A stretch of 64,000 nucleotides of DNA from Eledone cirrhosa (Eukaryota), in NCBI GenBank assembly GCA_964016885.1, contig OZ024743.1:275466001-275530000 (forward strand), written 5' to 3'. The notes beneath the pieces are model-generated. The model saw nothing but the letters and a program-made list of their open reading frames with translations. It was not told the DNA's origin and searched no databases. Of the stretch, positions 29,577 to 41,784 are shown in pieces. How positions within the stretch are numbered: position 1 is the stretch's first letter; the number at the start of each line of letters is the position of its first letter. The translations under genes and the position numbers were made by a program.

Positions 29577-29971
29577 GCAGAGAGAGACTGAGAGAGAGAG
29601 GGAGAGTGGTAGAAAGAGAAAGTGTGGGAGAGTGAGAAAAGGCAAATATAAAAGAAAGAAGAGTGAGGAAAGAGATAAAGGGGGAAAAGGAATGAGGACG
29701 GCGAGGAAGAGAGAGAGAGCGAGAGACAGAAAGAGACAGAGAGAGAGAAGGAGAGAGAGAGACATATCTACACGAATAACAATAGTTAGTTAGTTACAAC
29801 ATATTTTATTAAGCATTGATATAACAATCAAACTAGGTATAGATATCAAAAGTATATTAATCATTAATATTTATTTTACACATGTCCTATATATTTCTAG
29901 TTACCTTATTTAACGCACCATGCATAAAAATATTGATATTAACATATATATTGATACTAACATATATATAT

Positions 29972-30069
<98 letters not shown>

Positions 30070-30307
30070 TTTAAAAGGATACTTTATTGGGTCTTCATTA
30101 CGTTTACTGAGTAGTGATACGTGTTTCTCTAGTGATCAGTAACTGCACGTTACATTCCCTATATATATATATATATATATATATTTATTTTTGAGACTCG
30201 AAACCGTACGGTAAAGGTAACCATAGCAGGTACAGTTCTTTCGTTGCACAAACATCATCAGTGGTACTATTATGTTTCATCCCATTGTATTGTATTGTAT
30301 GTCTACG

Positions 30308-30403
<96 letters not shown>

Positions 30404-30444
30404 GGAGGAGGTTATAGTTCACTTGAAGCATTGTGTAATGAGGT

Positions 30445-30908
30445 ATAAACGTTTGTATATGTATAATAAAGTCAAAACAATGCAGGACATAGAATAAAGA
30501 ATGCAAATGCAAAAGATATTGTTGACAATTAGTCTTTTACCTTAGATTTATTTAAATGTCCTTAATTTTCGAGATAATATCTCTTCTTCGGAGGGAAGTA
30601 AAGCGGTTAAACCAGTGTTCTAAATAGCTTGCCAAGTGCCAAGTGGCTCACAATGTGTTTGCTGTGCCTGTCCTAATACCAACGTTTGGTATACTTGATT
30701 GGACGATAGACGATTGAGTTGGCAAGCTATTTAGAACACTGGTTTAACCGCTTTACTTCCCTCCGAAGAAGAGATATTATCTCGAAAATGAAGGACATTT
30801 AAATAAATCTAAGGTAAAAGACTAATTGTCAACAATATCTTTTGCATTTGCATTCTTTATTCTATGTCCATACCTGCATTGTTTTGGCTTTATTATACAT
30901 ATATAAAC
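30445..30908. repeat. ~190-bp-arm fold-back with degenerate hammerhead cores (30560-30594 minus, 30760-30794 plus)
   Basis: Arms ~30445-30635 and 30719-30908; cct-CCGAAGA-a-GAGATattATCTC-GAAA-AT-TA-agg on minus (U4 replaced by C). Confidence 0.8.
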
Positions 30909-31329
30909 ATATATATATATATATATATATACACTATATATATATATATATATATACACACACTATATATATACATATATATACAGTCGAAGCTGATTGT
31001 ATATACAGTCGGAGCTGGTCAATTGTGAAACACGTGTTACGCGTGATTACAAATAAAATATGTCAAACTGAAACTTCAATCTCCCTTCTTTAATATAAAC
31101 ACTCCGCCTTTTAAAGCAGAATATCCAGTTCAGGTAAAAGCACATAGTGCTCAAGAAGGTGCCACCTATAATAATATAGTTTTTGTTGTTATTTTGTTCT
31201 TTTATAGTTTAAGCAGGGAAGAAAGGCCAGAGTCCATAACCCTTTATTTTTCAGGGCTTCCTATACTGTGGTGTAGTAATATATCTTCAAACCGGTGACG
31301 TGTCCCGTCGAATGCTTGCAACAGATGAG

Positions 31330-32016
31330 GCTCCGTTATAGGCGCCCATTACATACATACATCATTGGCTCACAGGAGGGCAGAAATACGAACTTAATCC
31401 ATAATTTCCTTATGGATGACCTGAAACTTTATGCCAAGAACATGAAAATCTTGACCTGGTTACATTCACAGAGGATATAGGAATGGAGTTTGGCCAAGAT
31501 AAATACTCATATATGATTGTAAACAGGGGGAAAACTACAACACAATCTAGCAACATTGTCATCAAGGGCCTAACTGTTTCACTGATATCTGACGAGGACT
31601 GTTACAGACACCTAGAAATAGAGGAGAATATATCCTATAATGGTATCTGTAATAAAGAACGCGTAACCAGGGAATATTACACCCGATTAAGAAAAATATG
31701 GTCATCGGAACTCTCTGCGCACAACAAAACAGTGGCTCACAATGTGTTTGCTGTGCCTGTCCTAACACCAACGTTTGGAATACTTGATTGGACGATAGAC
31801 GAAATCCGAGCAATTGATGTTAAAATTCGAAAAATCCTAAACAACACCGGAAACTTTCACATCAACAGTGACATAGACCACCTTTACTTGAAACGTAAGC
31901 AGGGAGGCAGAGGGCTAACATCAGTCCAGACAGCATTTGAATGTCGCATCATATCCCTCCGACGACATTTACGAACCTCCAAACGTGGGAGCCCATCTAC
32001 TGAGCAAGTGATTTAA
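31330..32016 (+). pseudogene. R4/Dong-like non-LTR RT fragment
   Basis: MDDLKLYAKN, GMEFGQDK, SELSAHNK..N.FAVPVL...FG...W, SDIDHLYLKRKQGGRGL. Confidence 0.75.
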
Positions 32017-32124
32017 CAGTTGAATAAATTTAAAAACCTCCGCTCATGATTATAATAGTACTCTCATAATACTTTTGCAACCAATACAGAACACGTAAAC
32101 CATACGTCACTACTACCATCATTC

Positions 32125-32167
32125 CTATTCTGAAGATGAGGACGTGAAGATCTCAAAATGTCAATAG
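32125..32167 (+). ncRNA. Decayed hammerhead-like motif
   Basis: ctatt-CTGAAGA-tGAG..CTC-AAAATGTC-aatag; consistent with CpG decay of C-GAAACGTC. Confidence 0.5.
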
Positions 32168-32295
32168 ACTTATGGCTTTAAGAACTCTATTATTTCAAAC
32201 TAAACCAAAGAACTGTTTAAAAAATAGGAAAAAATCCTTAAATAAAAAAAAAAATCAAGATTGAGCACAGTGCTGTTTTAAATATAGCATGTTTG

Positions 32296-32383
<88 letters not shown>

Positions 32384-32568
32384 GCACGCATACATGTATA
32401 GATATACATACATAGACACACACATTCACACACACGCACACACACACACAAATACATATAGGCATACCTCACCTACGTCGCTAATTGGTCTCAGAAGTAA
32501 AAAACGAGGAATGTTGGATTAACCCCGCTATAAACCGCTAATAGGCATCCTCCATAAATCCCACTCTA

Positions 32569-34322
32569 AGTGACAGACTCTACACCCAATCTATGTGACA
32601 GACTCTACACCCACTCTATGTGACAGACTCTACCTCCCACAATATATGTGACAGACTCTAGACCCACTCTATGTGACAGACTCTACACCCACTCAATGTG
32701 ACAGACTTTACACCCACTCAATGTGACAGACTCTACACCCCACTCTATGTGACAGACTCTACACCCCACTCTATGTGACAGACTCTACACCCACTCTATG
32801 TGACAGGCTCTACACCCACTCTATGTGTCAGACTCTACACCCACTCAATGTGACAGACTCTACACCCACTCAATGTGACAGACTCTACACCCACTCAATG
32901 TGACAGACTCTACACCCACTCAATGTGACAGACTCTACACCCACTCAATGTGACAGACTCTACACCCACTCAATGTGACAGACTCTGCACCCCACTCTAT
33001 GTGACAGACTCTACACCCACTCAATGTGACAGACTCTACACCCACTCTAGGTGACAGACTCTACACCCCACTCTATGTGACAGACTCTACCTCCCACTCA
33101 ATGTGACAGACTCTAGACCCACTCTATGTGACAGACTCTACACCCACTCAATGTGACAGACTCTACACCCACTCAATGTGACAGACTCTACACCCACTCA
33201 ATGTGACAGACTCTACACTCACTCAATGTGACAGACTCTACACCCCATTCTATGTGACAGACTCTACACCCCACTCAATGTGACAGACTCTACACCCCAC
33301 TCAATGTGACAGACTCTACACCCACTCAATGTGACAGACTCTACACCCACTCAATGTGACAGACTCTACACCCACTCAATGTGACAGACTCTACACCCAC
33401 TCAATGTGACAGACTCTACACCCACTCAATGTGACAGACTCTACACCCCACTCTATGTGACAGACTCTACACCCACTCTATGTGACAGACTCTACATCCA
33501 CTCTAGGTGACAGACTCTACACCCACTCTATGTGACAGACTCTACACCCCACTCAATGTGACAGACTCTACACCCCACTCAATGTGACAGACTCTACACC
33601 CACTCAATGTGACAGACTCTACACCCACTCAATGTGACAGACTCTACACCCACTCAATGTGACAGACTCTACACCCACTCTATGTGACAGACTCTACACC
33701 CCACTCAATGTGACAGACTCTACATCCCACTCTATGTGACAGACTCTACACCCCACTCTATGTGACAGACTCTACACCCACTCAATGTGACAGACTCTAC
33801 ATCCCACTCTATGTGACAGACTCTACACCCCACTCTATGTGACAGACTCTACACCCACTCAATGTGACAGACTCTACATCCCACAATCTATGTGACAGAC
33901 TCTACATCCCACAATCTATGTGACAGACTCTACACCCACTCAATGTGACAGACTCTACACCCACTCAATGTGACAGACTCTACACCCACTCAATGTGACA
34001 GACTCTACATCCCACAATCTATGTGACAGACTCTACATCCCACAATCTATGTGACAGACTCTACACCCACTCAATGTGACAGACTCTACACCCACTCAAT
34101 GTGACAGACTCTACACCCACTCAATGTGACAGACTCTACACCCCACTCTATGTGACAGACTCTACACCCACTCAATGTGACAGACTCTACACCCACTCAA
34201 TGTGACAGACTCTACACCCCACTCAATGTGACAGACTCTACACCCACTCAATGTGACAGACTCTACACCCACTCAATGTGACAGACTCTACATCCCACAA
34301 TCTATGTGACAGACTCTACACC
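32569..34322. repeat. 23-26-bp minisatellite GTGACAGACTCTACACCCACTC(A/T)AT, roughly 75 copies
   Basis: Direct reading; highly homogeneous units with no unique spacers. Confidence 0.98.
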
Positions 34323-34426
34323 GCAGTCTGGGCGGTGGATGTAAGAATGTAAAAGAGTGTCTGTTTTCGTGTTAGAATGTTGTTAGACATTGAAAAAGAC
34401 TAAGATAATCAGGATGGAGAGAGAGG

Positions 34427-36122
34427 CAAGGGTGCCCTCTCTCCTCCCTTCTGTATGTAATGACTCTAGAGCCACTGCTGCGGAATTTGGAGTTGTTGCA
34501 GGGCATCCCGTTGGAACCGGGATTGCGGAAAGCGGTGTCGGCCTACGCCGATGACGTAACAGTAATGGTGTCGACGGCCTCGGAAATCGGGGTGATCGGC
34601 ACCTTACTGGAGGAGTACGAAAGATTTACAGGGGCTAAGCTGAACCGGGACAAGTCGATCGGTCTGCAACTCGGCACGTGGAGGGGCAGATTGATGCCCT
34701 CCGATGGCGTCGTCTGGCGCTGGACGGTGGAGAAGAACTGGGGTGAGGTAACGAACAGGGTGTTTGCACTGACCCAGAAGTGGGCCGAGTGCAAACTGTC
34801 CCTGAAAGGTCGGGCGGAGGTGGCGAACACTTATATAGCGTCCGTCATCTACTACCGCATGACCATCGTGCCTTGCCCAAGGGAAACACTCGCCAAAATG
34901 GAGCGCGCACTCTTCCAATTCCTTTGGAAGAAGCGGGCTCCTATGGTGAGGAGATCCATCTGCTGTCAACACTCTTCGAAAGGAGGGCTGGGGATGCCGT
35001 GTCTAATGATACGTAAACACGCATTAAGGCTACGGCACCTCCAGGTATCCCTCACCGGTCAACCGGTGTGGGCCCCGTTTGTGAGGCGAGCCTTTCCCAG
35101 ACTCGTCTCGCTCACCGAGCTGCAATCCTGGGTCAAGCAAAGATCGAGAAAACTGGGCGCCTGGCACACCGAGTGTGCCCAGGCGCTCACGGCTCTCTGG
35201 CAGGCGGACCCGGCTGTCAGTGGAGAATCCACCTCGTCATTCTATAGAGGGCTGGTGGTTAGCAGGTGCGACGACGCCCTCGGAGAAGCCCTAGGCATGG
35301 AGGAAGACGAACTGGCCAACCTGTTCGGTAGGACATTCAGTCCGGGACCCATGGATAACTTCCAGAGGTCCCTGGCCTGGGAGTGCTACCGAAGGGCTCT
35401 TCCCGTTTGAGAAAGGCTCTACAGACACGGGCGCTCGGGTAGGGACCCCTCGAAAAAGATCTGTCCCAGATGCGTGCGCGACGAGGAAACCGTTGCACAC
35501 GCATAGGTACATTGCTCGGGCATTGCCGATCTGTGGGGCTATGTCGAACAACTGCTGTCAAGAGTGGGACCGATCCGGCTGACCACCGAGTCTATTGTAA
35601 CGATCAAGCCGCCTCCCCTCTTCAAAAACGAAGAAGAGGCGGTGTTTCTGTGCGTAATAGCCATGGCGAAAGAGGTTGTATGGGGGACGCGTCTGAAAGG
35701 ACTGAGGTCAGACACCTTTCTCTCTGGCCAACAACTGGTCCGTTTCTTCCGATATCATTTCGGAAGAAGGATCAAGTTGGAGAGAGAGGTGCTGCACCCC
35801 AGCCGTTTTTATGAAAGATGGATGAAAGTGGCGAGAATGGGCCTTCACTCTACATCAGACTATAGGTGAGGAAATGAAAGATCAAGGGAGCACCCCCTCT
35901 CTGTGCTCCTGAGGAGAAGGGTTGCACACTTTTTTCGGGGGTGTGTGCGACCCCCAAGGCGCCTCCTCCCTATTGAGGATTTTGTTATTAAATTTATTTT
36001 TGTTATATTTTATATTTATATCTAGTTATTGCCTCCTCCTTATTGAGGACGCCTTTTTATGTAAACTCCTCCCATTGTACTTGTCCCACCTTTTGATGCC
36101 CTGGTGGCAAATAAAAAGAAAG

Positions 36123-36124
<2 letters not shown>
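34427..36124 (+). mobile_element. Tx1-like element A, 5'-truncated and inactivated
   Basis: Starts at QGCPLS; YADD; 16-aa internal deletion; stop ending 35410; 3' UTR ends AATAAAAAGAAAGTT+(ATCT)n. Confidence 0.92.
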
Positions 36125-36172
<48 letters not shown>

Positions 36173-36396
36173 CTCTATCAGTCGTGTGTCACTTCGCGGA
36201 GAAGTTTCCGTTAATTTATGTAAGGAAAAAACGTGAGTTTTTAGTTCAATTTTATATCATTGTGTAACTTGACCACCCGTCTGGACCTTCAGGTGGTGGG
36301 TCAACTCATTTTCGCCCCTTCAGGGGCGGAATATCCATTTAAAAAATTTTTCTCCATCGAATCTTGGAAAAAATATTGTAAAATTTTGATTACGTT

Positions 36397-38313
36397 ATGA
36401 ACGCTGCGTCCAACGATAATGGTGGTGGAGAGGCGGTAAGACTACAAAGCTCGCAGTCAACATCGTCTTCTTCACTAGATACTATAGAGATGGAAAGACA
36501 AAATGAAAATAAAAAAACGAATTCACATCCAAACAACACAAATGACACCAAACAGCTCAATGACAACAAAAATAACAGCAAAACCAATAATGATGATAAA
36601 AGCAACAATGATAACAACAACAAAGAAAAAAATAAAGACAACGCCAATAACACCAGCATCAAAGACAACAACAACACCAAGGAAAATACGGATGATACCA
36701 ACATCGGTGACAACAAGAATAACAACAAGAATAACAACAATAATGACAACACCACCAATACGGATTCCACAAAGAAACCAAAAATCTCCTTTGCGGAGAA
36801 AGTTCAAAAGAAAGAACAATTGATATATCTCGACATAACAAATGCTGAACACCTTTTAAAGGACGCTAAGAGATATGTCACCTTCGAAAAAAATGGTGCT
36901 TTCAGCATCAATTCTCCGGTAGAAATTCGCAAGGAAACTGCTCTCAAAACGATAGTTTTTAGGACAGTTTCCAATTCTACCCGAAAACCAGTCCAATTGT
37001 CACAGAAAGATATTGAACTGGTTTTCAAAGATTCAATGAATGATATTGCATTCATTCAAAGAAGCAAACTTTTTGGGAGTATTTCGGTACTGATGAAGGA
37101 TCAATTGACGGCCCAAAATTACTCTGTGTCGCCAATTGTATCCAACCTGTACACCTTTTTCCCTACATACATGGGAAAAAGGACACAAAAGATCAGAATC
37201 ACAAGTGTCACACCAAAGGTGAACATATGGTGGATACTGTGCGGCTTCATCAATTTTGATGAAGACAGAATACTGTCAGTAGGCAAGTCCCCCAGAGATG
37301 TATTCAATGGGACTAGCATTGAAGTTCTGGTGCAAATGAGCCCAGAGCGAATAGCTATGATCCCACAGCGTGTACTCCTGGACGGACTTACCTACATAAA
37401 CCTTTCGGTTGAGGGTAGGCGGCCTTCATGTTACCATTGCTTTAGCAGGGGTCACCTGAGGGCTTCCTGTCCTAAACTAATGAACCAAAAAAAGGCTCTT
37501 CTGCCAACACCCATCAAAACAACACAACCACCAACACCACCACTACAACAACAACACCAACACACAAAAATAACCACAACAAACACAGTCCCACCCAACC
37601 TCACTCCACCTAAAACCACTGCAAAATCACATACAGACACAACAGCTCCCCAAGACATACCCCTCCCCAATCACACAGACGATACAACAGATGAGGCTAT
37701 CTCGCCATCACCCAGTGAAGACGAGGGAGAACCCCATCGCTCGAAAAGAAAGAAAAGACATCACAAAAGCAAAAAACCAGCAAACACTACCACAAACATA
37801 CAACCACCAACACAAACAACAAAAATATCACAAACAAAACCCCCACCTCCTGAAAACAAAATACCTCCAACAAAACGAAAGCACACACAAGAACTACAGA
37901 CAAAAACAAACACAACACAAGAAAATTACACTTACGCTTACATAAACACTGAAAACAAAACACTAATGGAGACCATTACGAACGACCCTTCGGTTTTCAC
38001 CGAAGGGAAAACTTTCGCCCACTCTATAAAAAATAGCAAAAAAATGAACCTAAAACTGATTAGGGTCCCTATACAAACTTATAGGTCCCTAAAAGAAACA
38101 TTTGAGAAGGATGTGGGGAATTCCTGCGTGAAACCACTCAACCGCGTCCTTCTCAAATGCCTCCCCACCCCAGACACCCCCATCCCACCAGACCCCACCC
38201 CACCAAACATCTGCGTCCCCACCCCGCCGGAAACCACCACCCATCCAGACAACCCCTCCAACACCCCCATGGAAATCGTGCGGCCTGGTCCCCAGGAGGC
38301 GAAGGGTGAGTGA
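36397..38313 (+). CDS. Tx1-like ORF1p, 638 aa, CCHC zinc knuckle
   Basis: CYHCFSRGHLRASC (CX2CX4HX4C); Asn-rich N-terminus; Pro/Thr-rich C-half; homologous to element C ORF1. Confidence 0.9.
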   Translation: MNAASNDNGGGEAVRLQSSQSTSSSSLDTIEMERQNENKKTNSHPNNTNDTKQLNDNKNNSKTNNDDKSNNDNNNKEKNKDNANNTSIKDNNNTKENTDDTNIGDNKNNNKNNNNNDNTTNTDSTKKPKISFAEKVQKKEQLIYLDITNAEHLLKDAKRYVTFEKNGAFSINSPVEIRKETALKTIVFRTVSNSTRKPVQLSQKDIELVFKDSMNDIAFIQRSKLFGSISVLMKDQLTAQNYSVSPIVSNLYTFFPTYMGKRTQKIRITSVTPKVNIWWILCGFINFDEDRILSVGKSPRDVFNGTSIEVLVQMSPERIAMIPQRVLLDGLTYINLSVEGRRPSCYHCFSRGHLRASCPKLMNQKKALLPTPIKTTQPPTPPLQQQHQHTKITTTNTVPPNLTPPKTTAKSHTDTTAPQDIPLPNHTDDTTDEAISPSPSEDEGEPHRSKRKKRHHKSKKPANTTTNIQPPTQTTKISQTKPPPPENKIPPTKRKHTQELQTKTNTTQENYTYAYINTENKTLMETITNDPSVFTEGKTFAHSIKNSKKMNLKLIRVPIQTYRSLKETFEKDVGNSCVKPLNRVLLKCLPTPDTPIPPDPTPPNICVPTPPETTTHPDNPSNTPMEIVRPGPQEAKGE

Positions 38314-38346
38314 TCTCTTTTCCTCTTTTAACTTTTCAGCACCAAC

Positions 38347-41300
38347 ATGGCCAATATAAGAGTTGGATGTGTGAACGTACGCGGCCTGGGGATGCCCTGG
38401 AAACAGGGCAAACTCTTAAACGACCTCAGGTCGCACAGTTTGGATGTGGTAGCCATTTGCGAGTCCAGGATCCACGGCGAGCGACAGCTGGCCCCCATCT
38501 TCGATGACTTTGAGATCTACGCATCTCTCTGTCAACCGGGGGGTGGGGGCGGAGTTGCCGTTTTGCTGCGGAAACACCTGGGCCTCATAACACAGACGGT
38601 ACATCTGGACCCGGAGGGTCGACTGGTGGTCCTAGACGTTGACGGTAGTGAAGGTGGAGCGTTCAGGCTGGTGGCCGCATATGCCCCATCCGGGACACCG
38701 CGGCCAGACTTCTTCAAACGTCTAGAGACTTTTCTGGGAACGTCCCGCTCCTTGCTTTTAGTGGGGGACTGGAATGGAATCCTAGATGCACGTTGGGACT
38801 ATGTGGGAGCATGTCCCGATAAAGGGGGGTGTAACAGCCTCAAACAGTTAATCGACCGATTTGACCTGGCCGATAGATATCGACTAGATTTTCCGACTGC
38901 GCCACTGTGGACGTGGAGTAATCGTAGCGGAACATCTAGATCGTACCTAGATAGGGTTCTAGTTAGAAATAAGGATAGGGACATGTTAAGCTGTCCACAA
39001 ATGTTCATGGTTGCCTATTCAGATCACAAACTAGTGACCTGCATGGCCAACCTTGATAGAACCCATAGACAAGGACCCGGCTACTGGAAGCTGAACTTGT
39101 CGTTACCGACAAGCAAAGCCTACAGTAGACGGATTAGCACTTTAGTTAAACAGCACTTGACAGGGGCCATTGTCAACAACAGATGGTGGTACTCTCTCAA
39201 GAGGGCAGTTAGATTAGACTCGATAGTTTTTAGTAAAGAATTAGCGTTAGATAGAAATAGAACCGAGAAGGAACTGGTAGATAAAGTAGAAGAGGCTATT
39301 AGAAGTGGCAACGTAGCCAGCGTGCTAGCAACGAGAACGGCCTTGGACCAGTTCTTCGACGCAAAGCACGAGGGCTGCGTTGTCAGAAGCAAAATACGTG
39401 CTCTGGGAAACGAGGGAGCCAAAGCTGTTAGCTGGGCCCGAGTGACGGAGGCAAAAAGTGGCAACAAGTCCACGATTCGGTCTTTGAAGGACCAAAACGG
39501 ACGCGTGATACGTGAGCCGAAGCAGATGTGTGCGGCTTTTCAGCGGCACTTTGCTCGGCTGTTCGGGGGGAGCGGCGCGCCGGGAGAGGCTATGGATTTC
39601 GGTCCATACCTCGACGGCCTACCGCGACTCTCGGACAGCGAGGCGAAGTTCTGCGAAAAGCCGATCTCAGCCACTGAGATAGGGGACGCGCTGAGCCAAT
39701 GCGGCAAACGCAAATCTCCAGGTCTCGACGGTCTACCCTACGAATTTTACGTAGCAATGCCGGACTTATTCTCCGGTCTCCTGGAAGCGGTCTACTGCAA
39801 CTGGCAACAGAACGGGAGAATTCCCAGTTCTGTAACCGGGGGCGTGGTCACACTAATCAGGAAGGACGAGAATAAGGGGGATGACATAGGCAACTTCCGG
39901 CCCATAACTCTGCTAAACACAGAGTTACAGATTTTGGCCAAGGTGTTGGCAAAGAGGCTGGCGCTTGTCGTCGAGAACCTGGTAGGAGAAGCGCAGACAT
40001 GCGTGATCCCGACCAGGTCCATACACGACAACCTCCACCTCATGCGATACATCATAGAGAGGGTAGGGTGTAAACCCGGTTTCGGTGGGGCCCTGATCAA
40101 CTTGGATCAGTCTAAGGCTTTCGATAGGGTTGACCATCGTTACCTGGATGCGGTGCTCGAGGCGGCAGGCTTCGGACCCGTGTTCAGGGGCTGGATTGCT
40201 GCAATGCACAACAGCAACATCTGCTCAAGGGTCAAGGTGAACGGTTACCTCTCGGAGCCGTTCCATATTACGCGATCCATTCGACAGGGATGCCCTCTCT
40301 CCTCCCTTCTGTACGTACTGACTCTCGAGCCACTACTGCGGAAGCTGGAGCTATTGCAGGGCATCCCTCTGGAACCGGGACTGCGGAAAGCGGCGTCGGC
40401 CTACGCCGACGACGTGACAGTAATGGTGTCGAGCGCCTCGCAAATCGAGAAAGTCGGCACCTTACTAAAGGAATACGAAAGTCTCACAGGAGCGAAGCTG
40501 AACCGGGACAAGTCCATCGGTTTGCAACTCGGATCGTGGAGAGGCAGACCGATGCCTTCCGATGGCGTCGTCGGACGCTGGACGGAAGGACCGGTAAAGC
40601 TGCTCGGGGTCTGGTTTGGTCCGGACCTCCAGGTGGAGAAGAACTGGAACGAAGTGACGGCCAAGGTGTTTGCACTCACCCAGAAGTGGGCCGAGTGCAA
40701 ACTATCCTTGAAAGGTCGAGCGGAGGTGGCGAACACTTTTATAGCGTCCGCCATCTACTACCGCTTGACCGTCGTGCCTTGTCCAGCCAAAACGCTCGCC
40801 AAAATGGAGCGCGCCCTCTTCCGATTCCTTTGGAAGAGGCGGGCTCCTTTGGTAAGAAGATCCATCTGCTGCCAACACCCTTCTAACGGAGGGCTGGGGA
40901 TGCCGTGGTTGACGATGCGCAAACACGCGCTCAGGCTGCGGCATCTCTACGTATTCCTCACCGGACAACCGGTGTGGGCCCCGTTCGTGAGGCGAGCCTT
41001 CCCACGACTCGTCTCACTGACCGAGCTGCAGTCCTGGGTCAAGCAGAGACCGAGGAAAATGGGCGACTGGCACATCGAATGTGCTCAGGCGCTCACAGCC
41101 CTCTGGCAGGCGGACCCGGCGGTCAGTGGAGACTCCACTTCGTCATTCTATAGAGGGTTGGTCCGCAGCAAGTGCGACGACGCGCTCGGTGAAACTCTAG
41201 GCGTGGAGGAAGATGAACTGGCCAGTCTGTTCGGTAGGACCTTCCGCCCGGGACCGATGGACAACTTCCAAAAGTCCCTGGCCTGGCAGTGCTACCGAGG

Positions 41301-41784
41301 AGCTCTACCAGTTCGAGACAAGCTCTACAGACATGGGCGCCCGGGCAGGGACCCTGCAAAAAAGATCTGTCCGAGGTGCGTGCGAGACGAAGAAACCGTC
41401 GCGCACGCATTCATACACTGCTCGGGCGTCACTGACCTGTGGGGATATGTAGAACGACTATTGTCGCGGGTGGGACCAATCCAGTTGACCACCGAGTCCA
41501 TTGTCATGATCAAACCGCCACCCTCCTTCAAAAACGAAGGAGAGGCGGTTTTCCTTTGTGTGATAGCTATGGCGAAAGAGGTTGTATGGTGGACAAGGTT
41601 GAAAGGGCTGAGGTCAGACACCTTTCTCTCCGGCCAACAACTGATTCTTTTTTTCAAATACCACTTTGGAAGAAGAATCAGGATGGAGAGAGAGGTGCTG
41701 TACCCCAGCAAGTTTTATGAAAGGTGGGTGAAAGTGGCGAGAATGGCCCGAGTGAATGGGCCTTCTCTCTATATCAGCCTGTAG
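38347..41784 (+). CDS. Tx1/L1-clade ORF2p, 1145 aa: APE endonuclease, reverse transcriptase, C-terminal Zn finger
   Basis: NVRGL, GDWN, SYLDR, SDH; KSPGLDG, FRPITLLN, LDQSKAFDRV, RQGCPLS, YADD; CPRC-X7-H-X4-C. Confidence 0.97.
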   Translation: MANIRVGCVNVRGLGMPWKQGKLLNDLRSHSLDVVAICESRIHGERQLAPIFDDFEIYASLCQPGGGGGVAVLLRKHLGLITQTVHLDPEGRLVVLDVDGSEGGAFRLVAAYAPSGTPRPDFFKRLETFLGTSRSLLLVGDWNGILDARWDYVGACPDKGGCNSLKQLIDRFDLADRYRLDFPTAPLWTWSNRSGTSRSYLDRVLVRNKDRDMLSCPQMFMVAYSDHKLVTCMANLDRTHRQGPGYWKLNLSLPTSKAYSRRISTLVKQHLTGAIVNNRWWYSLKRAVRLDSIVFSKELALDRNRTEKELVDKVEEAIRSGNVASVLATRTALDQFFDAKHEGCVVRSKIRALGNEGAKAVSWARVTEAKSGNKSTIRSLKDQNGRVIREPKQMCAAFQRHFARLFGGSGAPGEAMDFGPYLDGLPRLSDSEAKFCEKPISATEIGDALSQCGKRKSPGLDGLPYEFYVAMPDLFSGLLEAVYCNWQQNGRIPSSVTGGVVTLIRKDENKGDDIGNFRPITLLNTELQILAKVLAKRLALVVENLVGEAQTCVIPTRSIHDNLHLMRYIIERVGCKPGFGGALINLDQSKAFDRVDHRYLDAVLEAAGFGPVFRGWIAAMHNSNICSRVKVNGYLSEPFHITRSIRQGCPLSSLLYVLTLEPLLRKLELLQGIPLEPGLRKAASAYADDVTVMVSSASQIEKVGTLLKEYESLTGAKLNRDKSIGLQLGSWRGRPMPSDGVVGRWTEGPVKLLGVWFGPDLQVEKNWNEVTAKVFALTQKWAECKLSLKGRAEVANTFIASAIYYRLTVVPCPAKTLAKMERALFRFLWKRRAPLVRRSICCQHPSNGGLGMPWLTMRKHALRLRHLYVFLTGQPVWAPFVRRAFPRLVSLTELQSWVKQRPRKMGDWHIECAQALTALWQADPAVSGDSTSSFYRGLVRSKCDDALGETLGVEEDELASLFGRTFRPGPMDNFQKSLAWQCYRGALPVRDKLYRHGRPGRDPAKKICPRCVRDEETVAHAFIHCSGVTDLWGYVERLLSRVGPIQLTTESIVMIKPPPSFKNEGEAVFLCVIAMAKEVVWWTRLKGLRSDTFLSGQQLILFFKYHFGRRIRMEREVLYPSKFYERWVKVARMARVNGPSLYISL

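Noticed and set aside
32569-34322. CRISPR-like appearance of the 23-26-bp repeat array
   Set aside because: Units are contiguous with no unique spacers, no cas genes, and the context is eukaryotic
38306-38339. GTGAGT...polypyrimidine-CAG between ORF1 and ORF2 of B as a fusion intron
   Set aside because: Only 34 nt, splicing would not put ORF2 in frame, and element C lacks the AG acceptor (though it has a donor-like GTAGGT)
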